From contig MU053472.1 in assembly GCA_013239625.1 (NCBI GenBank), positions 3,259,822 through 3,323,821 on the forward strand: a DNA stretch of 64,000 bases, given 5' to 3'. This DNA comes from Lama guanicoe (Eukaryota). Positions 51,789-64,000 of this stretch are shown here, in pieces (the first letter of the stretch is position 1; each line of letters begins with the position of its first letter). The notes beneath the pieces are model-generated. The model was not told the DNA's origin, made no database searches, and was given only the letters and a program-made list of their open reading frames with translations. The position numbers and the translations under genes are program-made.

Positions 51789-52577
51789 TAAGTTTGGTGC
51801 GTTGTTATAGGCTAAGAAAAGATGGCTTTAAAAAATAAAAGTTCTACCTATTAGTTGTCCCTCTGTATCAATTAATATTACACCAAATTGATACTTTTGA
51901 CTTCATGGAGTATGTCCAGTTCTTCAGACTTGGTAATTTACAAAGAAAATGCCTATCTTGTTTTCTTTTTTTTTTAAAACATGTAAAGCAACTTCTTTCT
52001 TCTTTTTTTATAATAATAATTTCTGTAATAATAGTTCCTTTATCCCTGTCTATTTCCAGTTTCTTGACTATTTTCCTCTCTGGGCATTCTTTTTTACAGG
52101 TTCCTATTGTGTTCAAAGAACATACCTTTTGCTGACATTTAGTATAAACATCTGTCCACTTACTACATCCTTCATCTTAGTTTGCAGTTAAATTTTGGGG
52201 AGGAATTATTTCAGAATAGTAGATTGATTAAAAACTATACTTTTCTACTTTTTTATATTCCTTTAAAAGAAACAATAACATTAATTTCGTTACAGGATAC
52301 ATTGTCATTATGTATTTCTTAAAAGAATTTAATAGACCTATATTGCATTTTGTCTAAAACTGTAGTTAGGGTTGGTTCTGAAATCCTCTTATCAAAGCTA
52401 CTGTAATATTAGATTCGACCTCTTAAAACTCTGGGAAAATTTTTTTAGGGTAGCTATAATGAAGGAATTTTGCTTACTTGAAATTGATTCTTTGTTATTG
52501 AATATGTTCACTGAAAGTTAATTTCATTCTTAAACCAATGATGAGCCTGAATGTTGGTCTTTTGCTATTTTAAATAG

Positions 52578-52645
52578 GTCAGAAGACATCTCTGACACAA
52601 GAAACAGAGCTGTTGGAATCCTTACTTCAGGAGGTAGAGCACCAG
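52578..52645 (+). CDS. TRIM37: TRIM37 exon 8 (coiled coil)
   Basis: aatag|(G)QKTSLTQETELLESLLQEVEHQ|gtgatg; 68 nt, phase 1 to phase 0. Confidence 0.95.
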
Positions 52646-52739
52646 GTGATGAAATATTAAATGAAATGAGATAAAATTCTTTTTTTTTTTTTTTTTTCTT
52701 TTGTTTTAAAATTTTTTTTTTTTTAAATTTTTATTTTAA

Positions 52740-52860
52740 TCAGAAGACATCTCTGACACAAGAAACAGAGCTGTTGGAATCCTTACTTCAGGAGGTAGAG
52801 CACCAGGTGATGAAATATTAAATGAAATGAGATAAAATTCTTTTTTTTTTTTTTTTTTTC
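52740..52860 (+). repeat. Identical tandem copy of TRIM37 exon 8 and its downstream intron (52579-52698)
   Basis: About 120 bp identical apart from T-run length (18 vs 19). The copy lacks the native acceptor. Confidence 0.95.
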
Positions 52861-53869
52861 ATATGCTTTAAAAGTTTTTTTTTTTTGACAGATTTACATG
52901 AGATCAAAAGATTTGGGGATCTATGTGCTTTACCAGAGATTTTTATGAAATAGGAATCAGCTGATTCTTTTCAAATTTTCTCCGTTATATTTGGGAACTA
53001 GATAAAATTAATAAGATTTATTTTGTTTTTGGAAAAATGGAAATATTTTTGCTAGGAATAGCCAATAGGAATCTATAAATCTATAAAAGATTAAAATCTT
53101 CTGACATTGTGACTTAAGTGGTGACTTTGAGATAGAATGTTATTGCCAATTACTTACGTATAGTGATTCTTAGGATAAAATTAGCATTTTTATTTATTAA
53201 GGAAATTTTTATTACATACCAAATAGATAGCAGCCATTGGTTTAGAAGTTTGGAACACAGCAGTGGACAAAATGGCAAAAAATAAAATCTGTCCTCAGAG
53301 AGTTTATAATTTAAGATTAGAGGTGGGGATAAAGTCATAGTGAATGAATAGATAAAATATATAGTGTCACATAAATATTTCATAAATTTTTTTGTCTTAA
53401 GTTTGGTTTTTGGAATTCTTGAATTCCTCTCTGTGCCTAATACACAGCTGTCTACCGCGATTGTTCCCTTAATTATCATCCTTGGAATTCCCTTCACTTT
53501 TTTCTTAGGTAGAATTCCATGTTTCCTGATTCCCATGGCTTCTGTGCTCTTGATTTACATGTTTCGGTATCATGCTTCCTCTGTGGCTTTCATGAAAGGA
53601 TAATCAGAATAAGTATTTTGAGACGGCATGTCTGAAAATGTTTTTATTCAGTTTTTACATCTGGTTGACAGTTTGACAGAAGTCAGTAAATAAGTATTTA
53701 AATATTCTTGTTTTTCTTTTCAGTACTCCTGTTCTTATTGTGCATATTATTCCCCTAGTTCAGAGACTTTATTTTATCCCCTCCAGAGAATAAACTGCTG
53801 GAGTGATGGGACAAATTTAAACCAGCTGTGGTGGAGTAGGGGTAGGATCTGGGGATCTATGCACTTTTT

Positions 53870-56780
53870 AAAAAACATCTTTATTGAAGAATAATTGACA
53901 AAAAGTAAGTTGCATGTATTTAAAATGCATAATTTGATAAGTTTGACAAAGGTATACATCTGTTAAACCATCACCAAAGTCAAGGTAGTGACTATTCCTC
54001 CAAATTTTTTTGTGCCTCTTTATAAACTCTCATTCTGCTTCTCCCAACATTTACCTTTCCAGGCAAATCCCTAAGTTTACCTTTTCTAAAGTTTTATATA
54101 TTGGAAATCATATACATTATATAATTTGTTTTATGTCTGACTTCTTTGACTCAGCAAAATTATTTTACAGTTTATTTTTATATCTATAGTTATTTCCTTT
54201 TTAATTGCTGAATGATACTCTGCTTTATGTATATTACCACAATGTTTTTTTCATTCAGTTGTTTATGATCATTTGGTTTGCTTCCTGGCTTTTGGCTTTT
54301 ACAAATTAAATGGCAGTGAACATTCATTTACAAATCTATATATGGATCTATATTGCCTTTTCTCTCGGATCCACCTAAGATGGTAGATGTGTGATTAACT
54401 TTGTAATAAATGCTAGCTGTTTTCTGAAGCGATTGTACAATTTTATATTTCCATCAGTAAACTTTGAGGGTGTCATTTCCTCCATATCTTTGCTAACACG
54501 TGATATAGTCAATCTTGAATTTTAGCTATTCTCATAGGAGTGTAACAATGTTTCATTATGGCTTTATTTTGCATTTGCCTTAAAACTAATGAAGCTAAGA
54601 ATTCTTTCTTGAACTTTTTTGCCATCTATGTGTCTTCTTTGTGGGGGTGTCTCTTCAGCTCTTTTGCTCATCATTGTATTGACTTGTTTGCGTTCTTGTT
54701 GAGCTTTGAGAGTTCTTTATATAAAGAACTGAATATAAGTCTTAATTAGATATGTGTATTGCAGACTTACTTCAAGTCTATGGCTTGTCTTTTCATTCTC
54801 TTGAAAGTATCTTTTGAAGGAAAGTTTTTAATTTTGATGAAAGGTAAGTTATCACTTTGTTCTTTTGCTGTCATAGCTAAGAAATCTTTACTTAATGTAA
54901 GATCACAAAGATTTTCTCCCAGAAGTTTTGTAGTTTTAGGTTTTGTATTTAGGCCTGTGATCCATTTTGTCCCATTTTTGTATGTAAGGTGTAGGTCCAA
55001 GGTAGTTTTTTACTTTTTGTTTGTTTTTTTGTATATGGCTATCCAGTAGTTCTAGTACCATTTGTTGAAGACTAGCCTTTCTTCACTGAATTGCCTTTGC
55101 ATCTTTTTGGAAAATAGTTGTCGTATTCAAATATATATACATTGGTCTGTTGATTTATTTTATGCCACTACTGCACTGTTTTGATTACTGTTGCTTTGTA
55201 ATAAAAGATAGTGTTAGCTTTCCAACTTTGCTCTTCCTTTTATAGAATTGTTTTGACTATTCCAGGTCCTTTGTATCTTCATACGAACCTTAAAATCAGC
55301 TTGTTATTTCTACCAAAAAAAGTTTTGGGGTTTTGATTGGAATTACATTGAGTCTATCTATTAATTTAGAGATGTGTGACATCTTAACAATACTGAGTCT
55401 TTCTTTCACTAAGAAGACTCCATTTATCTGGATCTTCTATAATTTCAACAGTGTTCTGTAGTTTTTAGAGTATAAGCTTTTCATGTCTTTTGCCAGATTT
55501 ATTTCACTATTTCAGAACTTTTGTCAGATTTATTTGGTATTTCAGAATTTTTGATACTATAATAGATTTTTTTTTTAAATTCCAGTTTCTCACTTGTGTC
55601 TATACAATTGATTTTTATATATTGATCTTGTATCCTACAATCTTGCTAAATTATTTGTTAGTTCTGGCAGCTATATTGTAGATTTGTTGGATTGCCTGCG
55701 TATAGTCTTGACATTTTTGAATAAAGACATTTCTCTCTGATCTGGCTGCCTTTTATTTATTTTTTCCTTGACAGGTATTACTGCCCAGAACTTCCAGTAT
55801 AATATTGATTTAAATATGATGTTAGCTGTGGGTTTATTATAGATGTCCTTCATCAGATTTGAGAATTCCTCTGTATTCCTGTTTGCTGAGAGTTTTCATT
55901 AGAACTGAATGTTGGATTTTGTCAAAGTCTTTTTCTGCATGTATTGAGATGATTGTATGGTTTTTCTTTTTAGTTCTTAAAATGGATTAACTTTTTTTTT
56001 AATATTAAACCACCTTTTGGGATAAAAATGCTGCTTTGGTTCATGTATTGTCCTTTTAACATATTATCGGATTTGATTAGAAAAGATTTTGTTTAAATTT
56101 TTTGTATTTTTGTGTGAGGGATATTACACTGTAGTGTTCTTTTCTCAAAGTATTTAAATTTTAAATTATGCCCTCTTCAGTTTTTTGGAAGAAGTTGTGT
56201 AGAACTGATAATGTTTCTTCCTTAGATGTTTGATAGAATACATCAGTGAAACCATTTGGGCCTCATTTTATTTATGGAGTGGTTTCTTTAGTAGACATAG
56301 GGCAGTTCGCATTACCTGTTTTCTCTTGAGTGAGCTTTGGTAGTTTGTGTCTTTCAAGAAATTACTCCATTCTATTTGACTTTGCTGAATTTATTGGCAT
56401 AAAGTTAATAATATTCCCTTATTATCCTTTTAATTATAAAATGCGATGGCATTTCTTCTCTCTTTCCTGACATCGGTAATTTGTGTTATCTTTTTTCCCT
56501 GATCAGTCTGGCTAGAGGGTATTGATTTTTGTTGATTCTTTTCAAAGATCTGGGTTTTGTTTTTGTTTTTTTCTGTGTTATTTTTCTGCTTTCTGTTTTA
56601 TTAATTTTTGTTTCGATCTGTTTTCTTTCTTTTGCTTAGTTTGAGTTTAATGTGCTTTTCTTTTTCTAAGATCTTAGAATGGAAGCTGGGGTTAATGATT
56701 TCAGACCTTTTTGTCCAAAATACTTTCTTAGATCCCTTGTGACTTCTTTGACCTATGAGTTTTTCAGAAGTGTGTTATTT
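53870..56780 (-). mobile_element. Old L1M, about 2.9 kb, degraded
   Basis: Continuous antisense L1 motifs; small ORFs give degraded ORF2 peptides (YNKPTANII, KLLGENLCDL). Confidence 0.85.
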
Positions 56781-57097
56781 TTAACATAACATTCAGTTAT
56801 ATTTGATACTCATTCATGGCTAAATTATTCAGCAAATTTAGAGTAAAAGGGAACTACCTTACCTTTAGTAAAGGTATCTATTCAGAAGTTTACCTTTGGA
56901 GAAAATAAGGTCAAGGAAGTATACACATATTATGCATTCAGTAAATATTTGAATAAAAGCTGTAATTTTTTTTTTATTTATCATATGATACCAGTCAGAT
57001 CATATCATTATTTTGGGTGAGCTATAAGCAGCTGTCATTTAAAAGATAAACCCAGATATAGTGGGTTTAATGAGTATCATTCATATGGCATTTGGTA

Positions 57098-57375
57098 GTG
57101 TATTAGTTTGCTAGGGTTTCTATAACAAAACATTGTAGATTCAGGGCTTAAACAGCAGAAATCTGTTTTCTCAGTGTTCTGGAGACTGGTAGTCTAAGAT
57201 CAAGGTATTGGCAGGTTAGGTTTTCCCCAAGATCTCTCTCTTTGGCTCACAGACAGCTGCCTTCTGTCTGTGTCTCTTGAAGGCCTTGTCTCCAAATATG
57301 GTTACAGTCTGAGATACTAGGGATTGGGACCACAACATATGAGTTTGGGACAGGGACACATTTCATCCCTTAACA
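57098..57375. mobile_element. MLT1C-like MaLR LTR (internally deleted)
   Basis: tgtattagtttgctaggg...ggcttaaacagcagaaat...gttctggagactgg...catcccttaaca. Confidence 0.8.
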
Positions 57376-57971
57376 GTTGTTTACAAAGCTGTCTCACATA
57401 CAGCTTCATGAGTGTAACAAACTCAGCAGGAGATATAATTCCAGTTTTGCATATTAACAGACTCTGAGTCATATAATTCGTGTGTGGCAGGACTAGGACT
57501 TCAAACTGGTTGTCTCGAGTACAAAATCAGTAGTAGTCTTAAAATTGCCATGCTTATTTTGCTAAAGTTGGATTCCTCACTTTTTACCTTTGGTATAACT
57601 TAATGTTTCCCAAATTGATATAGATTAATGAGACTTTTTTCTGTGTATTACATCTTAACATTTCTCTGTTCCCAGAAGTGCAGTTTCAGAAATCCTTGTT
57701 TGAAGGCTATTTTCCTCTGGAGTTTTGTTCATTTATGTACATAATGGCATCACCGTACCTGTCTAGTATATATTTCTAGTTGCTTAAAATTGGATTTATG
57801 CTAATATACAAGGAGACAAAAATACATTAAAATGAAATAGTTATTCAGTGCATTTACTGTTATAATGGAAATAAGTAAGCCTAGATTCTTTATAGATTCT
57901 TAACTCTCAAACCCACTTTGACTTACTCTATTTTTCTTGATCTCGTTGTTTTCAGTATATAATCAGAATAA

Positions 57972-58199
<228 letters not shown>

Positions 58200-60547
58200 T
58201 AACTTCATTTTTATTTGAAGTTTATGTGCAGATGCCTATGTTTGTTTCAAAAGAATGCTGTTGCAGACAGCTAGAACTCGGGTAGTTCTCCCTAACCGGT
58301 TAGATAAGTATTTGTTTCTTTCTGAATGAATAAACTAGATACAATATTCATATTTTATTTAAGCACTGAATGTTATTAAAAGGACTGGGTATTGGCTATT
58401 ATTGAGTAGATTTGAGTCAACTGAGGATGCTCATTAATATCCCAAGGCTGTCTCTTTAATAGTGTGGTCAGCCATTTCAGTTTTGAAGATTCTTTTCTGA
58501 ATTATTCCATCCATCACCGGTGGAATGAAACATAAGTTTTGATATAGATACTATATATAAAGATAAAGATTTTCCAGTGAAAGCTACATGGATCTCCTAA
58601 ATCCGAGCCAGCTGGAGTGTTTGTCCAAAATGCAAATTCTCAGATCTGCTCCCTGACAGTCTTTGGAAATGGTTTCCAGAAGATGAATCTTGAGCACCCT
58701 AATTCTGTACTAAAGTTTGGGAACCACTGATACAGGTAAACTCCTATACTGATACCACTTGCAGCAGCTCATCGGTTAGGCAACTCTGCTTTAGACTTCT
58801 CGAGCGTCAGTCTCAATCACATGCAGGGATTGTTTTGATTTTCTTTTCTAATTACCCAAGGGACTCAGAACTCCAATAATCCCTTCTTTTCACTCCCTTT
58901 TTTGGGGGAGTATAGATGGAAGGAACTGAAATTGAGATTGAGATAGGGAGGTAGGAGGCATATCAATAAGGAGAAAACCACCTCACCCACCCTGATGATT
59001 AAGGAGCTTCCCATGCAAAAATGTCACCTTAGGTCCCTCTCTTCAGTAAACCTTACTATCTTACTGGAAGTTTTGGCTTATAATTTAACTGTGATTTTTA
59101 TTAGAAACTCGGTTTATGATTTGCAATATATAGGAAGCCGGTATTTATCTGTTGATGGATTTATCAGCAAAGAAGAGGCCCAAATAAGAAAGACAAGCAT
59201 TCATTGACATTAAGTCATAGACCAAAGTTCAGATATGCGGAGATGTGGTGATTGTTTCTAAACTTTGAGATCATGGGACTGATTGCCTTATGTTCTATCA
59301 GTCGATGATTGGTGATGGAGCCAATTACTATTATTTATTAAAGATTATCTATATGCTCAGCACTGTTGCTGTTGTAGGTGCTGCACTGGAGACATCGAAG
59401 AGGAAGTGATAATCTTATTGGGTATATATTCCACATTAAATGGTAGAGATTTGTATATTAAAATCAAATACTTGTTACTCAGATATATACTGTCTTATAT
59501 CAGAAATTCTGAAAAGAAGTCAGTGTAGAAACTGGTTTGGTCAAGATGATTTTATAGCCTAGAAAGGAATTGTGGAAGACCTTAAAAGATACTTAGGATT
59601 TCATTAGGTAGATGAGAATAGGATACGTATGTATGAATCAAAATATGGGAATGTGATAAGAGCTGCTATATTTGGAGGTCAGCAGGGAAATCATTTCAAC
59701 CAGAGTTTGAAGGACTGCTTTGCTGGCGCATTGTAGATGGCTGCAGAGAGGACTTAAATGGCAGAATAGTGTAGCTTTCAGTCTACAGAGAGTTGTAGTT
59801 TCGTGAGAAATGGTCAAATCGGGGTGGAAAACCAGTTTTTGTGTAGCTGACCAGTCTGTTTTCTCAAGGAAAAAATGGATACTTGTCCTATTTTTCTTTC
59901 CTTTATTCCTTAAGTCATGATGAAGTCTCTGGTCTAAAAATTTGCAGATCAGTATTTTTCTATTGGGCTAGAGATGTTTGGGGGCTAGTCGCTCCATATT
60001 CTGTTAAGATTCACTGACATCATCATGAAATGAATCCAGACATCATAAAAACTAGAGCAGAAGTATAGAAATAGAGAAAGCTTTGAGAAGATGAAACTGT
60101 GCCTGATTTGCAGGCAGAGTGGTAGCACCATTATAATTGTAGATAACCTATGAACGCGTGAGCATAATGTGGAGATGTTAATAAATAGTTAAGGGTGGTA
60201 GGATTGGTAGAATTAGATGGCTTAGCAGTCAGTATGGCTTTGTGTATATATGTAAAGAAAGCAAAAGACATTTTGGAGCAAATATTTCTACCAAATTACA
60301 AGAATTTTCCAGCAAGTATTTGTGAACATTTATCCATTCCGTGAATATTTGAATGCCATCTATGTTCCAGGCATGTGCTAGGCTGAAGTAGTGAGCACAG
60401 TAGAGGGTTCTTGCTGCCTCAGGTTATGATTTAGTGAAAAAAGATACATGATGGAAGTAGTAATAAAATAAAATGGGATGACTGGTAATAGAGGAAGTAC
60501 ATGTATCCTGTTTTTAATGTTTCCTCATAGCACTAATTTGTTTTAAT

Positions 60548-63500
60548 TTTTTTTTTACATTTTTTATTGATTCATAATCATTTTACAGTGTTGTGTCAAA
60601 TTCCAGTGTTCAGCACAATTTTTCAGTCATTCATGGATATATACACACTCATTGTCACATTTTTTTCTCTGTGATTTATCATAACATTTTGTATATATTT
60701 CCCTGTGCTATACAGTGTAATCTTGTTTATCTATTCTACAATTTTGAAATCCCAGTCTATCCCTTCCCACCCTTTAACCCCCCCACCCCGTAACCACAAG
60801 TCTGTATTCTCTGTCCATGAGTCTATTTCTGTCCTGTATTTATGCTTTGTTTTTGTTTGTTTGTTTGTTTTTGTTTTTTAGATTCCACATATGAGCGATC
60901 TCATATGGTATTTTTCTTTCTCTTTCTGGCTTACTTCACTTAGAATGACATTCTCTAGGAGCATCCATGTTGCTGCAAATGGCATTATGTTGTCGGTTTT
61001 TATGGCTGAGTAGTATTCCATTGTATAAATATACCACCTCTTCTTTATCCAGTCACCTGTTGATGGACATTTAGGCTGTTTCCATGTTTTGGCTATTGTA
61101 AATAGTGCTGCTATGAACATTGGGGTGCAGGTGTCATCCTGAAGTAGATTTCCTTCTGGGTACAAGCCCAGGAGTGGGATTCCTGGGTCATATGGTAAGT
61201 CTATTCCTAGTCTTTTGAGGAATCTCCACACTGTTTTCCATAGTGGCTGCACCAAACTGCATTCCCACCAGCAGTGTAGGAGGGTTCCCCTTTCTCCACA
61301 GCCTCTCCAGCATTTGTCATTTTTGGATTTTTGAATGACGGCCATTCTGACTGGTGTGAGGTGATACCTCATTGTAGTTTTGATTTGCATTTCTCTGATA
61401 ATTAGTGATATTGAGCATTTTTTCATGTGCTTTTTGATCATTTGTATGTCTTCCTTGGAGAATTGCTTGTTTAGGTCTTCTGCCCATTTTTGGATTGGGT
61501 TGTTTATTTTTTTCTTATTGAGTCGTATGAGCTGCTTATATATTTTGGAGATCAAGCCTTTGTCGGTTTCACTTGCAAAAATTTTCTCCCATTCCGTAGG
61601 TTTTCTTCTTGTTTTATTTCTGGTTTCCTTTGCTCTGCAGAAGCTTGTAAGTTTCATTAGGTCCCATTTGTTTATTCTTGCTTTTATTTCTTCTAGGAGA
61701 AAATTTTTGAAATGTATGTCAGATAATGTTTTGCCTATGTTTTCCTCTAGGAGGTTTATTGTATCTTGTCTTATGTTTAAGTCTTTAATCCATTTTGAGT
61801 TGATTTTTGTATATGGTGTAAGGGTGTGTTCTAGCTTCATTGTTTTACATGCTGCTGTCCAGTTTTCCCAACACCATTTGCTGAAGAGACTGTCTTTATT
61901 CCATTGTATATTCTTGCCTCCTTTGTCGAAGATGAGTTGACCAAAAGTTTGTGGGTTCATTTCTGGGCTCTCTATTCTGTTCCATTGGTCTATATGTCTG
62001 TTTTGGTACCAATACCATGCTGTCTTGATGACTGTAGCTCTATAGTATTGTCTGAAGTCTGGGAGAGTTATTCCTCCAGCCTCTTTCTTTCTCTTCAGTA
62101 ATGCTTTAGCAATTCTAGGTCTTTGATGGTTCCATATAAATTTTATTATGATTTGTTCTAGTTCTGTGAAATATGTCCTGGGTAATTGGATAGGGATTGC
62201 ATTAAATCTGTAGATTGCCTTGGGCAGTGTGACCATTTTAACAATATTGATTCTTCCAATCCAAGAGCATGGAATATCTTTCCATTTTTTAAAGTCTTCT
62301 TTAATTTCCTTCATCAATGGTTTATAGTTTTCTGTGTATAATTCTTTCACCTCCTTGGTTAGATTTATTCCCAGATATTTTATTACTTTGGGTGCTATTT
62401 TAAAGGGGATTGTTTCTTTACTTTCTTTTTCTGTTGATTTATCGTTAGTGTAAAGAAATGCAACTGATTTTTGAACATTAATTTTGTAACCTGCTACCTT
62501 GCTGAATTCTTCAATCAGCTCTAGTAGCTTTTGTGTGGACCTTTTAGGGTTTTCTATATATAGTAACATGTCGTCAGCATATAATGACACTTTTACCTCT
62601 TCTTTTCCAATTTGGATCCCTTTTATTTCTTTCTCTTGCCTGATTGCTGTGGCTAGGACTTCCAGGACTATATTGAATAGGAGTGGTGATAGTGGGCATC
62701 CTTGTCTTGTCCCAGATTTTAGTGGGAAGCTTTTGAGTTTTTCACCGTTGAGAACTATGCTGGCTATAGGTTTGTCATATATAGCTTTTATTATGTTGAG
62801 ATATGTTCCCTCTATACCCACTTTGGCGAGAGTTTTTATCATAAATGGGTGTTGAATTTTATCAAATGCTTTTTCTGCATCGATTGAGATGATCATGTGG
62901 TTTTTGTCCTTTCTCTTGTTGATGTGATGTATTACATTGATTGATTTGCGTATGTTGAACCAGCCTTGTGTCCCTGGGATGAACCCCACTTGGTCATGAT
63001 GTATAATCTTTTTTATGTGTTGTTGGATTCTATTTGCTAAAATTTTGGTGAGGATTTTGGCGTCTATGTTCATCAGTGATATTGGCCTATAATTCTCTTT
63101 TTTTGTAGTGTCTTTGCCTGGTTTTGGTATCAGGGTGATGGTGGCTTCATAGAATGAGTTTGGGAGTATTCCCTCCTTTTCAATCGTCTGGAAGAGTTTG
63201 AGAAGGACTGGTATGAGTTCTTCTTTGTATGTTTGGTAGAATTCCCCGGTGAAGCCATCCGGTCCTGGACTTTTATTTGTAGGGAGGTTTTTAATTGCTA
63301 TTTCTATTTCCTTTCTAGTGATCGGATTGTTCAAGTGTTCAGTTTCTTCTTGATTCAGTTTTGGTGGACAGTATGTTTCCAGAAACTTGTCCATCTCCTC
63401 TAGGTTATCCAGTTTGGTTCCATATAGTTTTTCATAATATTCTCGTATGATATTCTGTATTTCTATTTTGTTTGTTGTAATTTCTCCATTTTCCTTTCTT

Positions 63501-63986
63501 ATTTTGCTAATTTGTGCTCTCTCTTTTTTCTTCTTTGTGAGTTTGGCCAGAGGTTTGTCGATTTTATTTACTTTTTCAAAAAACCAGCTTTTGGTTTGGT
63601 TGATTTTTTCTATGGTCTTGTTAATCTCTATTGTATTTAATTCCTCTCTGATCTTTATTATTTCCTTCCTTCTGCTGCTTTTTGGGGCTTTTTGTTCTTC
63701 TTTTTCTAATTGATTCAGGTGGTGGGTTAACTTGTTTATTTGAGATTGTTCTTCTTTTTTGAGGAAGGCCTGTATCGCTATAAACTTCCCTCTTAGCACT
63801 GCCTTTGCTGTGTCCCATAGGTTTTGAGTGGTTGTGCTTTCATTATCATTTGTCTCAAGGTATTTTTTAATTTCAGCTTTGATTTCCTCATTGATCCATT
63901 GTTTTTTCAATAACATATTGTTTAATCAACATGCTTTTCTTTTTTTCTCCTTTGTTTCTCTGTTGTTGATTTCCAGTTTCATGGCA
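60548..63986 (-). mobile_element. Young 5'-truncated LINE-1, antisense in TRIM37 intron 9
   Basis: T-tail at ~60547-60556, 3' UTR, long open ORF2. TSD taatttgttttaat at 60534-60547 and 63987-64000. Confidence 0.96.
60878..63916 (-). CDS. L1 ORF2p segment (reverse transcriptase plus C-terminal CCHC region; endonuclease domain lost to truncation)
   Basis: Motifs [31 protein letters not shown] and CWRGC...HCWWEC; 1012 codons without a stop. Not expected to be translated because the promoter and ORF1 are missing. Confidence 0.93.
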   Translation of the reverse strand: MLLKKQWINEEIKAEIKKYLETNDNESTTTQNLWDTAKAVLRGKFIAIQAFLKKEEQSQINKLTHHLNQLEKEEQKAPKSSRRKEIIKIREELNTIEINKTIEKINQTKSWFFEKVNKIDKPLAKLTKKKKERAQISKIRKENGEITTNKIEIQNIIREYYEKLYGTKLDNLEEMDKFLETYCPPKLNQEETEHLNNPITRKEIEIAIKNLPTNKSPGPDGFTGEFYQTYKEELIPVLLKLFQTIEKEGILPNSFYEATITLIPKPGKDTTKKENYRPISLMNIDAKILTKILANRIQQHIKKIIHHDQVGFIPGTQGWFNIRKSINVIHHINKRKDKNHMIISIDAEKAFDKIQHPFMIKTLAKVGIEGTYLNIIKAIYDKPIASIVLNGEKLKSFPLKSGTRQGCPLSPLLFNIVLEVLATAIRQEKEIKGIQIGKEEVKVSLYADDMLLYIENPKRSTQKLLELIEEFSKVAGYKINVQKSVAFLYTNDKSTEKESKETIPFKIAPKVIKYLGINLTKEVKELYTENYKPLMKEIKEDFKKWKDIPCSWIGRINIVKMVTLPKAIYRFNAIPIQLPRTYFTELEQIIIKFIWNHQRPRIAKALLKRKKEAGGITLPDFRQYYRATVIKTAWYWYQNRHIDQWNRIESPEMNPQTFGQLIFDKGGKNIQWNKDSLFSKWCWENWTAACKTMKLEHTLTPYTKINSKWIKDLNIRQDTINLLEENIGKTLSDIHFKNFLLEEIKARINKWDLMKLTSFCRAKETRNKTRRKPTEWEKIFASETDKGLISKIYKQLIRLNKKKINNPIQKWAEDLNKQFSKEDIQMIKKHMKKCSISLIIREMQIKTTMRYHLTPVRMAVIQKSKNDKCWRGCGERGTLLHCWWECSLVQPLWKTVWRFLKRLGIDLPYDPGIPLLGLYPEGNLLQDDTCTPMFIAALFTIAKTWKQPKCPSTGDWIKKRWYIYTMEYYSAIKTDNIMPFAATWMLLENVILSEVSQKEKEKYHMRSLICGI

Positions 63987-64000
63987 TAATTTGTTTTAAT

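Noticed and set aside
61380..63713. Plus-strand hydrophobic ORFs (186, 118, 88 aa)
   Set aside because: Antisense shadows of the A-rich L1 ORF2.
60878..63916. Autonomous active L1 or domesticated RT gene
   Set aside because: The TSD at 63987 shows 5' truncation: no promoter, ORF1 or endonuclease. The open frame is explained by youth.

Overview
Mammalian genomic DNA, most likely camelid, judging by several Vic-1-like tRNA-derived SINEs. It covers the conserved PRR11-SKA2-TRIM37 neighbourhood. A CpG island at ~3.4-5.2 kb holds a CCAAT-rich bidirectional promoter driving SKA2 (+) and probably the non-coding first exon of PRR11 (-). SKA2 is complete: 4 coding exons, 121 aa, CDS 4258-29584, with miR-301a and miR-454 in intron 1. 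A second CpG island at ~33-34.3 kb starts TRIM37 (+); exons 1-9 (RING, B-box, coiled coil) are present and the gene runs past the window end. The rest is mostly old L1, L2, CR1, MaLR/ERV LTR and MER elements, plus one young 5'-truncated antisense L1 with a 1012-codon open ORF2 segment and visible TSDs. Notable items: two tailless retropseudogenes (5' half of tRNA-Gly(TCC) with a 7-nt leader, and U2 nt 1-35); a tandem copy of TRIM37 exon 8 (probably an assembly artefact, but an in-frame 3-heptad cassette if real); a candidate L1 3' transduction; two strong-Kozak uORFs before TRIM37; a miR-454/301a 8mer site downstream of the SKA2 stop; and a remnant of an alternative SKA2 first exon. I found no convincing wholly new biological system. 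Gene and repeat names come from sequence recognition, not database searches.
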